Assembly (NCBI GenBank): GCA_000442015.1
Contig: KE561209.1
Coordinates: 248,001-312,000, forward strand
Direction of reading: 5' to 3'
From: Rozella allomycis CSF55
Taxonomy: Eukaryota
DNA: 64,000 nt
This document shows, piece after piece, positions 1 to 11,906 of this stretch. Under the pieces are notes generated by a model. It saw only the letters and a list, made by a program, of their open reading frames with translations, searched no databases and was not told the origin of the DNA. Position 1 is the stretch's first letter. Each line of letters opens with the position of its first letter. The position numbers and the translations under genes were made by a program.

Positions 1-172
1 AGTTACAGTTTGGTCAGCACCAAACTATTGTTATCGATGTGGAAATGTAGCCTCTATCCTTAACGTAAAAGAAAATTTATCAGTGGACGAATCATGCTTT
101 AAGATATTCAACGCTGTTCCAGATCAACAACGACAAGCACCTCAGAGACAGATAACTCCTTATTTCATGTAG
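1..172 (+). CDS. SIT4: 3' end of PP6/Sit4-type serine/threonine phosphatase catalytic subunit
   Basis: Frame 2 reads [20 protein letters not shown]...[21 protein letters not shown], the PP2A-family C-terminus, closest to the PPP6C/Sit4 pattern. Not in the ORF track. Confidence 0.85.
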   Translation, partial: VTVWSAPNYCYRCGNVASILNVKENLSVDESCFKIFNAVPDQQRQAPQRQITPYFM

Positions 173-271
173 TTTAAGCCAACGAATAAATTGACATATT
201 ATTATTACTCACAATGTCGTTTCGAAAGAAGTATAGTTTTTGGTTACCATAGTTTTCACTTTTATTGGTCT

Positions 272-1414
272 ATGAGGAATGAAATAGCGCGTTCCCAAAC
301 AAAATCTGCTGTATTAACTCGTGTGAGTGAAAACCTACGAAGATATTCCAATGCTAATTCTACCATGTCCTCCGCGAAAGTCGAAACGTCGAAAGACGAC
401 GATGAGCTTGAAACTTACTTTAGGTCATTGAATAATTCTGTATCTCAGAAGAAAATAACTGAACCTCCACAGCTTCCAGGTTCGCAAAAGTATATGAAAA
501 CGGCCCCAACAAGAAACAGCAATCAGAGCTCTATTATTGATAGGTCAAAAATTCTATTACAGAAAATCAAAGAAGATCACAAAAGCAAGACATTAAATCA
601 GGAAAACGATTTTGAGGACACTGAAATCGACGGATCTACGAACCACGATTACGATCTCTCGTCGTCTCCTGAACCTTCCTATCGGTACAATGTTGAAAAA
701 ACAGTGGATTCAAAACAAGAGTATGATGATGACTTTGAAAAAGATTCAACATCAACAGAATATGAGTCTGTCATTGGTGATTCTATTTTATCAAATGTTA
801 AAACAATCAAGGATCTGGAGTTTACAGCAAAAGATATAAAGGGATCAGAGGGTAATAGAAATTCAACGTTTAATACATCAAATTCGTTCAACCAAAATGA
901 AAATATTAAAGAAATCGGTTCCTATCCAGATAAAGCAAGAGACAATAATGTTAAATTTGAAAATACTAACTCAAGCATTAAAACGAAAGAACCCGACACT
1001 AATATTGAAAGAAACAAGAAAATTTCAAAAAATATTGGTGATGATGAAAATCAACCCTCTGCCATTATCGTGAATAATGATCACAATAGGGAACGTACCA
1101 TTTCTACTATACATGACGAAATTTTGAATTCAAGGTCTAACGATAAAGGATCTTCCCATGACAAAGATTTTGTGAGTAGAGAAATTCAATGCGATCTCTT
1201 AATGGCAGCACACACTCCTCATACCGCGTCCATCGACGCAATTTTGACTATTTGCCAAAAGAAAATCGAATATAATCTTCAAAGCTCGGATATATTATTG
1301 CTATCCAGGAACATTGGAACAAGAGCATCAGATAACTCTTACAGGATTCACAGAAGCATCTTTTCCAGCCGTCTAAATCAATGGACATCGCAACTTTTAT
1401 CTCAGCGTAAATAA
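272..1414 (+). CDS. Hypothetical, largely disordered S/D/E/N/K-rich protein
   Basis: Long stop-free ORF, first ATG at 272; no family recognised. Confidence 0.6.
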   Translation: MRNEIARSQTKSAVLTRVSENLRRYSNANSTMSSAKVETSKDDDELETYFRSLNNSVSQKKITEPPQLPGSQKYMKTAPTRNSNQSSIIDRSKILLQKIKEDHKSKTLNQENDFEDTEIDGSTNHDYDLSSSPEPSYRYNVEKTVDSKQEYDDDFEKDSTSTEYESVIGDSILSNVKTIKDLEFTAKDIKGSEGNRNSTFNTSNSFNQNENIKEIGSYPDKARDNNVKFENTNSSIKTKEPDTNIERNKKISKNIGDDENQPSAIIVNNDHNRERTISTIHDEILNSRSNDKGSSHDKDFVSREIQCDLLMAAHTPHTASIDAILTICQKKIEYNLQSSDILLLSRNIGTRASDNSYRIHRSIFSSRLNQWTSQLLSQRK

Positions 1415-1485
1415 ATGGGAGCTTTATTTTTAACATTCCGCACGGTTAAATTAATGCTACTGCGCCTCCATGTGGCTCGGCGGAA

Positions 1486-3940
1486 ATGGAACGGTTCCCA
1501 AACTCATTTATTTATGTGTCCACGGCAGCCATTCCATTGTTCTTGTCTTTATTTAGCTGTCTTTTTATACTTGCGAAACCACGTAAATCTGATCAAGAAT
1601 CTCTATATTCTTTGAGCCCTCTAAAAATGGTCTTGCAAGCGGCTATTACAATTCTAGTTACTGCGCTTTCAGCAAATATTTTTGGATTAGTTTTTTCTGT
1701 TTTAAGGTTTGAAGCATGGTATATGACCTGTCATTTTTCTCTTTTCGCATTGGCGTATACATTAAATGCGTCAACCTTCATCTACCACATCAAGAAAGTC
1801 AAATCATTAGGAATTAGTTTTCCAATTATTTGGACTGTGAAGCTTCTAATGATAGTTATGGCAATTGTAATTGATCTGATTAGTGAGCGTGTAAATAGTC
1901 TTTTATTCGGTGCACATGTCTTACACGGTTTTCTATTAGTGATCCTATTCTTATTTTCATTTTGGATTAAACACATTGAAAAATACAGGTACAGATATGA
2001 ATCAGTCAATGGTGATGAAGCACAAGTAAGAAATTTGATTGACAGGCCTGTTGCATCCAAAATGACGTTCAAGGATAAGCTCAAAAAGACATTACCGTTT
2101 GTTTGGCCAAGAAATAGTTTGAAGCTTCAGATCATGGTTTTGATTTCCTTTGGTTGTCTTATTATTGGACGAATAGTTAATGTTTATGTTCCAGTCCAGT
2201 TTAAGAATGTTATAGATTCTTTAACACAATCTGCTAATACTTTTAATGTCCCGTGGATGACAATAATAATTTATGTGGTATTCAGATTTTTCCAAAGTGG
2301 TGTTGGTTTGATTGCAGTTTTGCAAAATTTGCTATGGATCCGTGTTGGACAATATACAACAAAGTCTATTTCCGTGGAAATGTTTTCGCATTTACATTCC
2401 CTGTCTCTACAATTTCATTTGAACCGTAAGACAGGAGAAGTGTTAAGAGTAATGGATCGAGGAACCGCATCTATTGTTAGCTTGCTTAATTCAATACTAT
2501 TTAATATATTTCCAACTTTAGTGGACATTACAGTAGCATTGCTATTCTTTATTATAACATTTGATGGGTGGTTTGGATTGATTGTGTTGCTCACAATGGG
2601 ATCTTACATTTGTATGACAGTTCTGATTACTGAGTGGAGGACAAAGTTTAGAAAAACAATGAACGAACTGGAAAATAAAACATCTCAAAGAGCTGTTGAT
2701 TCTCTCTTAAATTTTGAAACTGTAAAGTATTATGGAGCAGAAAAGTATGAAGTTGAAATGTACAGCAATTCAATTCAAGAATATCAACATGCTGATTGGC
2801 TTTCTCAAGCTTCTCTTCAAGTTTTAAATTCATCCCAAAATTGTGTTATCACACTAGGTTTGTTGGCAGGATCCTTGCTTTGTGCCAACCAGGTGGCTAA
2901 TGGAGAAAGAACTATTGGAGACTTTATTCTGTTCATGACTTATATTACACAATTATATGCACCTTTGAATTTTTTTGGGACATATTACAGAGTCATTCAA
3001 CAAAATTTTATCGACATGGAAAAAATGTTGGCGTTGTTTGAAGAGAAGGCTGAAATTGTTGACAAACCAAATGCCAAACCTTTGAACGTTACAAATGGCC
3101 ATGTTATTTTCGGTAAGATCCTTAATTAATATTTTTCAAGATAATGTTTCCTTTTCTTACGATGGAATTGTTCCTGCCATTCAAAATTTAAACTTTGAAA
3201 TTCCACCAGGCCAAACCGTGGCCCTTGTTGGAACATCAGGAAGTGGAAAGAGCACAATTCTTCGTTTATTATTTCGTTTTTATGATGTTCAAAAAGGATC
3301 AATTACTATTGATGGATGCAATATTAAAGATATTACAGCTCAATCATTGAGACAAAGTATTGGTGTTGTGCCTCAGGATACTGTATTGTTTAATGATACA
3401 ATAAAGTAAGTGGTATTTTAACATTAATAATGAAAGATACAATATAAGATATGGAAGAATATCGGCTACTGACGAAGAAATTGAAAAGGCAGCGGAAGCC
3501 GCTCAAATTCATACAAAGATATTAACTTTTCCTGAAAGTAACTTTTCTTTTTAATTTTATTAGAATATGAGACGCGTGTCGGTGAACGTGGTCTTAGATT
3601 AAGTGGCGGTGAGAAGCAGCGAGTCGCCATTGCAAGAACTATTTTGAAGAATCCATCTATTGTTGTATTGGATGAAGCTACGTCTGCATTAGATACAACA
3701 ACTGAAAGAAGCATTCAGAGTGCTTTGAGAAGGATAACTGAAAATAGGACTACGTTGATAATTGCCCACAGATTGTCAACAATAATTCACGCGGATAAAA
3801 TTATAGTCTTGGAAAAGGGTTCTATTTTAGAACAAGGTTCTCATAAGGATCTCTTGAATAAGAAAGGAATCTATCATGAAATGTGGATGAAACAGATGGA
3901 AGCTTCAAAATCAAATGAATCTATCAATGACAATAATTAA
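1486..3940 (+). CDS. HMT1: ABCB6/HMT1-type half ABC transporter (heavy-metal tolerance)
   Basis: N-terminal extra TM region, [13 protein letters not shown], Walker [27 protein letters not shown]. Introns 3113-3140, 3406-3436 and 3538-3563 restore VIFDNV, DTIKYNIRYG and FPEKYETRVGE. Confidence 0.95.
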
Positions 3941-4084
3941 TTTATATAAAATCTCTTTCATCACATCAATTTCTAACCTTTATCTTTAAAGCTAAAAAGC
4001 ATGAAGTCCGAATACATCTATTTAGATATCAGGATGGTTTATATGGTTTTAATGCAGCTTTATTAACATTGAACATTTTGTAGA

Positions 4085-5011
4085 TTAAGCATCCATTTCC
4101 AACCTTCTGCTGTTAGAAATAACAGGTTCGGCTACTAATTATACCAAATATGTTAATTACCAGCTACACCTTGAGAGAATCCTTTTCCTTCCGTGGCTAA
4201 ATTAAGGAATCCAATGGCTCTTACTCTTTCTTGAAGTTGCCGCTCCACTTTTAACTATTTTCTGAGCCATTGCGGTCAAATTATCAGACAAACAAAATAG
4301 CGCTTGAGTAAATATGTAAATGCAAGAGTCAATCCATGTCAGTGTGCGAACAACGACCTGGTCGGTGCTCAAAAATCCAATCACATTATATACAATAGCT
4401 GAACATAGCAAAATTAGGGGAAACACGAGACTGTTTGCCATGAGATGGAATAGCGACTTTCTTTGGGACATTATATACGCGCTGTACACTTTCTTGGCGA
4501 ATGCCAAATTCGTAACGGAAAGATAGAAAATAAACAACCAGTTGTGAGTATACAATATTGATAGATTGTAAGTGTTGCCGCAAAGCGAACCGGCCGAAAT
4601 CCCGGATGTGGCATAAAGAAGAGTCAGAACAATCGATTGTGTGATGATAACAATTTGAAGAAAGAACAAAAATAGACCTCCTGACTGCATCTTGAACAAG
4701 GAGTCCTTGTAGCTTGGAAGGACGAATGCAGCTTTAACTCGAAACCAGAGAGCTGTTTGGAAAGCAAGTATATGAGCGACATGGAAAAACCCTACAACCG
4801 GCGCACGCTGGGAACATGGAACATTAGTGTTTGTCTGAAAGTAGTTTACAGAAACGTAGGCACACGTAAAGAAGATACTGCACAAGGCATGGAATAAGGC
4901 AATCTTGGATCTATTGTAGACAGCAACGGGAATGCATATTGTTGCGGATGCAAATGCAATGCCCAAGACAAAGCCGCTAACGACAAATACAAAATTTGTG
5001 AAAACTAGCAT
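4085..5011 (-). CDS. Orphan 7-transmembrane GPCR-like protein, paralog A
   Basis: Seven hydrophobic segments, Cys before TM3 and in the putative ECL2; two 3' introns (28 and 26 nt) give C-terminus ...SRRLEMDA*. Confidence 0.7.
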
Positions 5012-5331
5012 CTCTTGACAACGACGGAGTAATTACAGATTGGATCTACAAAGAGTCAAAAGACTGGACTGTGGTCAAAAGCGACAAAATAACAAAATAG
5101 AATGTTACTTTTATTCTTTATTTAATTGCAGCTGGATCGAGAGATATGAAGGTATGAATAGATTTAGAGATCCGAAAACCGAGCCATGCGGACTTTATAA
5201 TCTAAATTCATTTTCCACAGAGCTGGTATAAATCGTTGAATAGTGATTTAGAATAACATGGATACAGTAATGTTAGATGTTACCACTCTGAGAGACTTTA
5301 CAAAGTTTTATTGGCGTAAACATTTTATTGA

Positions 5332-6290
5332 TCAAGACTTTTCCATGTCCAGCTTTCTACTATTAGAATTGGCAGATTCACCTATAATTATCACAAACAT
5401 ACTAATTACCTGCTATTCCTTGAGAGATCCCTTTCGCTTCGGTACCTACATTCACCAATTGAAAAAGAATTACTCTTTCGTGAAGTTGCCGCACCACTTT
5501 TAATTATCTTCTGGGCCATCGCGGTCAAATTATCAGACACACAAAACAGAGCCTGACTAAATATATAAATGGATGCATCAATCCATGTCAATGTGCGAAC
5601 AACAACCTGATCAGTACTCAGCAATCCAACAACATTATATACGATAGCTGAACATAGGACAATAAGGGGAAACACGAGACTATTTGCCATGAGATGGAGT
5701 AGCGACTGTCTTTAGACTTTCCTAGCGAATGCCAAATTGGTAACGAAANTTTGATAAGCAGTGTAGACTTTCCCAGCGAATGCCAAATTGGTAACGAAAA
5801 GATAAAAGATAAAAAGCCAGTTGGAAGTATACAATACTGACAGATTATATGTGTTGCCGCAGAGAGCACTAGCGGCAATCCCTGATGTCGCATAAAGAAC
5901 ACTCAAAACAGTCGCTTGGGTGACAATGACAATTTGAAGAAAGAATAAAAATAGACCTACTGATTGTCGCTTGAATAGAGAGTCCTTGTAGTTTGGAACA
6001 ACGAATGCAGCTTTTACGCGAAACCAGAGCGCGGTTTGAAAAGCAAGTACTTGGGCGACATGAAAGAATCCTACAACCGGCGCACGCTGAAAACATGGGA
6101 CACCAGTGTTGGTTTGAAAGTAGTTTACGGATATGTAGCTGCACGTAAAGAAGATACTGCACAAGGCGTGAAATAGGGCAATTTTGGATCTATTGAAGAC
6201 GGCAACCGCAATACATATTGTTGCAGATGCAAATGCTATACCTAAAACAAAGCCGCTTACGACAAATACAAAGTTTGTGAAAACAAGCAT
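5332..6290 (-). CDS. Orphan 7-transmembrane GPCR-like protein, paralog B (N join at 5749)
   Basis: Highly similar to paralog A, with the same two 3' intron positions. The apparent break is at an N join with duplicated flank. Confidence 0.7.
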
Positions 6291-6357
6291 TACTTGGCAA
6301 CACGGAATATATACATTGAGGAGTTGAACAAAATTCAACTAATGATGTGCCAGTTTN

Positions 6358-6847
6358 TTTTACAACAAGACCAATTTTTGGGCCTTCCTCAGCAATCAGA
6401 TCGAACACATCTTTAACAATATGAGCAGGACCGAGCACTATCAAAGCGGCAAGTGCTTTGGCACCGACGACATTTTGATCTCAGTTTATAAAACCGAAAA
6501 CAGTTTGTACAGAACCATTTTTTAACACTTTCCAGGTGGGATCGAATTGTCAAGGCCGTATCAATGGACAATTGTTCAGAGCATTTTGTCGTACCANACA
6601 GAATTCAAGCGTAGGAATGTTGGAAGAGCAAACAGAATCCAACAAGGCCAAAGCATCCTCCTCCGCGAAAGCAATGGTATTTTCAACATTCTGAGTATTG
6701 GAAATGGCCGCGGGAGACTGAATATGGATTCGGTTGAGCTGTTCGAGCTAAGATTATCATCGAAAGGAAATAGACCTGGAACAAAGTCGTTTATAGAACT
6801 ATCAAAGCGGCAAGTGCTTTGGCACCGACGACATTTTGATCTCAGTT
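6358..6847 (-). mobile_element. Fragments of a CRE/SLACS-like non-LTR retrotransposon
   Basis: Minus strand encodes WFCTNC...CRRC (Cys cluster), ALALLDSVCSSNIPTLEF, and IVLGPAHIVKDVFDLIAEEGPKIGLVVK (resembles the segment after YxDD in CRE-clade RT). 50-bp repeat at 6437-6486 and 6798-6847; bounded by Ns. Confidence 0.6.
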
Positions 6848-6921
6848 NTAAAGCAATATCTAGTAGCTTTTCAAAAGGCAAATCGACTTGTCTACCGCTA
6901 TTTAAAGAATAATTATATCCA

Positions 6922-9900
6922 TTACATGAACTCTTGATGGCATTCCTCGAATTCTTTTGCTATTCTTTCAGCCTCCTCAATTATAGAGATTGGCAGTCCA
7001 GCCATTTTAGCGACGTTCATTCCATGACTCTTTGGACAAACACCAGGAACGAATTTATAAAGAAAAGTAACTTGTTTTCTAATTGATACAAAATCAAATG
7101 AATTACAATAGTTCATCAGTGTGAATAGCCATGTGATAGTTTGTGATTGTAGAGTGAGAAGAAAAGTCTTGTGTTAAAGAATGGTAGTGAGTAGCAAATA
7201 AACCCATACATTTAATGTGATTAGCGAGATAATGTAGAACAGAATAAGCGATAGAGTATCCATCAAAGGTGGATGTGCCTCTGCCAAGTTCATCTAAGAT
7301 GACCATTGATTTAGGGGTAGCTTCTCGTAATATTTTAGACGTTTCAGATAATTCAACCATAAAAGTTGATTGCCCAGCCATAATGTTATCGTGAGCTCCA
7401 ATTCTGGTGAATATTCTATCAACAGGTGATATTGTGCATGATTTAGCGGGAATGTAACAACCAATTTGAGCTAAAATTATTCCTAGACAAGTCTGTTATT
7501 TAATCATTTAAAATAGTTACTTGACGTAGAAGGGTAGATTTCCCACCCATGTTTGCTCCAGTGACAATAATCATTGAAGCATCAACGTTATCTGAGCGTA
7601 TTTTAACAGTGTTGGGGATTATATCTTTATTTATTTTTAGAATTGGATGATACAAATCTTCAAAATCAATAAAAGAAAATTCTTCTTCTTGAATGGTTGG
7701 TCTACAAAATGGAAGACCAAAAGTGTCTCTTGATTTGGCTAATGAACATAAACAATCTAATTGAGAAACTAGATTTGCTATTTTCATAAAAGTTGAATAA
7801 TTTTCATCAAATTTTAGTTGAATTTTAGTGAAATAGGAATCCAAGAATAGAGATTTCTTTTCTAATGTTTCTTGATAATCTTTAACAAGATTTTTTAATG
7901 TTGGATTGTGATATCTCTTAACATTCTTTAATTAACAATGAAGGATTGAAGATTACTTTAGTTTTAGTTAACATTATGTAATCCATTGGAACTTTTGTGT
8001 TAACAGGCACTTCAATTTGAAATAAATCTTTTCCAATATCTTTGTAACGAATATCTGTAGTATTTAATATTTGTTTTTGTTCTTGCAAATGTTTATGCAA
8101 TTTTTGTTTGATTAATTCTACTTCATCACAAATGGAATCATATTCTTTATCTGTTCTTGGATTTGGAATAATCGATCCTTCTTTTAACGCAAGGGTTCTA
8201 TCAAACCCATTAACAAATGGTTCTAGAATGTTCTCAAAATCTTTTGGAAACATCAAAAGCAAAGTATTTATCAATTTCGATTCAAATTCAATCTTTAATA
8301 ATTTTTCATTCAACCATTGATTCAAATATTCCAATGAATCAATCACATTCAAGAATAAATTCAGTTTACAACCGCCACAATGAATTCTACTCAATAAACG
8401 TTCAACATCAGGCAACTTTCCAATTGCACTTTGTATTTCTATTAAAAATACAATATTTTATTACCATTTATTAAATCAAGTTTATAAAGTTCATCAATCG
8501 CATCATATCTTTCATTAATCTCATCGGCCTTTTTCAATGGATAACAAACCCAATTCTTTAACATTCTTTTACCCATAGCCGTTGAACATTTATTTATAAC
8601 ATTAAACAATCCATTCTCTCCAAATATCTCCAAATTTTTCAATGTTGATCCATCCAATATCATACACTTGCCATGATTCAATGGATCATACTCTGTTATT
8701 CTCTTCATTGAAAGCAAATCATCGCCAAGCTTCAATCCATCCAAATATAAATAAAGTCCTCCAAGACATGAAATTGTTAATTCATTCATCATTGATAATT
8801 TATTCATCAATTCATCACTAAAATATTCTTTCCCTTTAATTAAATCTATAAAATCATCTCCAGGAAATTCTCTCTTGGAAATCTGCCACAATGTATTCCC
8901 AGGCAATATCCTCTTCATCAACTTCAATGTTTCCTTTGAAATGCCATTTCTTTCATAAACAATTTCTTTAGGTTGCACTTGCACCATCAATGTTTCAAGC
9001 TTAGTTGACACCTCATCATCCTCAAAATGCGACACATAAAATTGTGCCGTTGATGTATCACAAAACACAACACTATACTCAACTTGCGATTCACTCAACC
9101 TTCTCTCCTTCAAAGCACAGCAATACACAGCCATATCACTAGTCAACAAATCAGAATCAACCAACGTCCCCGCCGTCAACACAGCAGTCAACTCCCTCCT
9201 AATAACCTTGTCCTTTTTCGAATCCTTCTCTCTCAGCGATTTGCCAATAGATGTCTCCAACTGATCCATCCTAGCCACTTTATATCCCCTCGCTATAAAC
9301 TTTGCCGCCCAAAACTCAAATGTCGCCTCGGGAACCCCAACCATCCTCATATTCACCCGTTCAGTCATCTTCAAATCAAACTCCTTTGCTCCTATATCCG
9401 CATCGTTTTCATACAACTCGTAAAACTTTCCCTTTTTGCAAAACACCACGGAATCAAAGTACTGGCATTTCACCTCCCAGTACTGCTTTTCAAATGGCGT
9501 GAATTGCGACCACGCCGATGGCGGTATATACAGAGTTGATGGATTGTACTCTTCGTCACCTAATGGCATCAAATAATTAACATTACCTGGTCCGTTCATA
9601 TCAATATCCCTCACATTCTCAAGCCATTCATATCTATCTTCGTTCTTCTCTTTACTTGGAGTTGGATAATTGCTCTCCAACACCTTTTGCTTTTTCGTCG
9701 GTGTTTTATAATTGTTTGGACTCTGAGGAGATGATGGCACATTCGCATCTGAAAGAATTCTTTTCATGGTGGGTGACTTGAAACTATTCAGTTTATCTTT
9801 TGGAGTAGATTTTGCTTCTTTTTGCGGCGTCAGATTAATGGTCTTGGCCTTTTTCGTCGGTGTTGAAAACGATTCATTCTTCAAATCAATAGTTCGTGTT

Positions 9901-10011
9901 TTCGGTGCAGGCGAGGAATCTATACCGTCATCGTTATCTATATATAAAAATAGAAGATAATTTAATACCTTTCTTCTTGCCAAAGAAATTCAAAAGGGAC
10001 TTTTGCTTCAT
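6922..10011 (-). CDS. MSH6: DNA mismatch repair protein MSH6
   Basis: N-terminal PIP box [57 protein letters not shown]; six tiny introns. Confidence 0.97.
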
Positions 10012-10205
10012 TGCAATTTCAGAAATACNAGCAATTTCAGAAATATCAAAAAACGATCTCAACGGATTTTTTGTTGTAATCAAGAACAGATAAAACCATC
10101 TTTCTTTTATGGTGATTTACAAAACAAAATTGAATAAATTGGGTGTTTAAATCGGCTTACAAGCATATACCAATGTTTTTTCAATAAACAAGATATTTTA
10201 TTCCT

Positions 10206-10601
10206 CTAATAGCCACATCGATCACGCACAAGATTTATAGATCGCTCTCTGTCTATTTCTTCCACAACTAGATCGCTTTTCATCATTGAGATTTGCTTTT
10301 TCAATGTCAGAGAGTCCGAATCACCAGATTTTTCGCGCTCTTCCAATGTCTTTATACAATTGCTAATTCCGATTTCTCTTGCCTTGTATAATTTAGACAA
10401 GGCATCCAAGAACTGATCGCATTGNTTAGACAAGGCATCCAAAAACTGATCGCATTGCGTCCTATTACTAGTATTGATCTTGTTCAACCGGTTTATAATA
10501 GTATCGTCAACTCTTCTCAAGTTTTTTAGCATTTGGTAATAAAATCGCATATTAAAACATGGCCAATCTTCTGGTGCGGGTGGAACTGGTAGACTATCCA
10601 T
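10206..10601 (-). CDS. MIX23: Mix23/Cid2/CCDC58 mitochondrial intermembrane-space protein
   Basis: LRRVDDTIINRLN, conserved Cys spacing, VEEIDRERSINLVRDRC. The internal duplication at N10425 is an assembly artefact. Confidence 0.8.
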   Translation of the reverse strand: MDSLPVPPAPEDWPCFNMRFYYQMLKNLRRVDDTIINRLNKINTSNRTQCDQFLDALSXQCDQFLDALSKLYKAREIGISNCIKTLEEREKSGDSDSLTLKKQISMMKSDLVVEEIDRERSINLVRDRCGY

Positions 10602-10655
10602 TTTGGAAAATTGAGTCGAAATTAAGGCACGATCTTCATTATCAAAAATTTATGT

Positions 10656-11720
10656 TTATTTGGTGGTTGGCAATGGCGGTCTATAGCTTGTTCGCCTTTT
10701 CATCATTTCAGCTCGTTTTTGCGCCTGCGGATTTCTGGCAAATGTGTTTTGGTGTCGGATTTTTTCATTCTCTTTGGCGGTTTTGCAATGCGGTATATGC
10801 CTTTCAGCTGTTTCATATTCGAATTTGCGAAGGCAGTGAGGGCATTGCTTTAAATCGTCATCATCGTCGAGCGAAAATACGGGTTCGTTGACGACAGTCG
10901 GTCGTGGGATCGATGATTTACGTACAAGAACTTTATCTGCACTCTTGGGTAGCTCTTTTGATTTGGAGGTGGGTAGATCTGCTTCTTTGGCACCTCGTAC
11001 CATCTTTAAGAATTTCTCATGCTCTTTTCTCCAGTCTTTCTTCCTTACTTTCTTTTCTGACTCATTGGAATTCTATATATTTGAATTCATTTTAGTGTAC
11101 CGATTGAGGTTTAGCTAGCACGTATTGCTCCAGTTCGGTCCCTTTGACCCGATTCTTTACAATATCGAATTGCTTGCGCTTCTTGTTGGCCACTTTTGAA
11201 CATATTTTGGTATGCCTTTCCATATGTAAGATTTTAACTAGTTTATTACCAAAGCTTCAGGCATGAATGTCCTTCCGCAGCTTTGACATGGCATAAGGAA
11301 CGAAGGGACAGAATACTCGTCTGGCCCATTTTCTGAATTTGCACTAATATCATGTTGAACTTCATGAATGATTGCACTTGGGATAACCTCATCAAATACA
11401 GTTGGCTCAATTTTTGCTTGTTCCAGCTTTTGGATAGAGACGGGTTTTTGTTTCGCGATGGGTGAAAGTAAATTTGGTTTTAAGTTGCTTTGAGGTTTTT
11501 CTGTGTAAGAAACGTTTGGGTGGGAATTATGTGGAAGTTTCGGCAATCGTTGAGCATTTTTCTTCCTGACTTTACATGATTGTATATGTCCCTCTAAACG
11601 GTCTTTGGGTATCTTTTGATGACCTTATTTAAGTAAAATAGACTCCCTACAGTTTGCGCACGCGACCAAAAAATCTCTCAGGTAAGAATTCGCATCTTCC
11701 TGTGATCTCCACAAACATCT
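10656..11720 (-). CDS. C2HC zinc-finger protein of the ZC2HC1/FAM164 family (start approximate)
   Basis: Three C2HC fingers after splicing: CANC..HIQSC, CQSCGRTFMPEALERHTKIC, CPHCLRKFEYETAERHIPHC; also WRKEHEKFLKMVR. Confidence 0.8.
11221..11249 (-). other. Putative non-canonical GT-TG intron, 29 nt
   Basis: gtaataaactagttaaaatcttacatatg; removal gives EAL|ERHTKIC. Nearby AG sites shift the frame. Confidence 0.75.
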
Positions 11721-11906
11721 AATTTACAGTTTAGGCGTGATGATACTTTTGAATGTGTAATGCTAGTTCACTTTTGGGAAATGAAACACCACAAATTGAA
11801 CAAAGTCTTGTTTGAACCTCACCTTTAAGCATGCTTGGTAACCAAATAAAAATAAAAACAAAAGTAAGATTTCAAGCGCGATTTATTTCTGCTCCAGGGT
11901 TTACAT

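Noticed and set aside
5712-5800. Apparent internal duplication and frameshift in 7TM paralog B
   Set aside because: The duplicated sequence flanks a single N (5749); most likely an overlap of contig ends or haplotypes.
9084-9539. Antisense ORFs over MSH6, and similar shadow ORFs over formin FH1, VPS2 and others
   Set aside because: They are explained by codon bias of the real gene on the opposite strand and have no recognisable motifs.
10395-10460. Tandem QCDQFLDALS repeat in Mix23
   Set aside because: Centred on N10425; assembly artefact.
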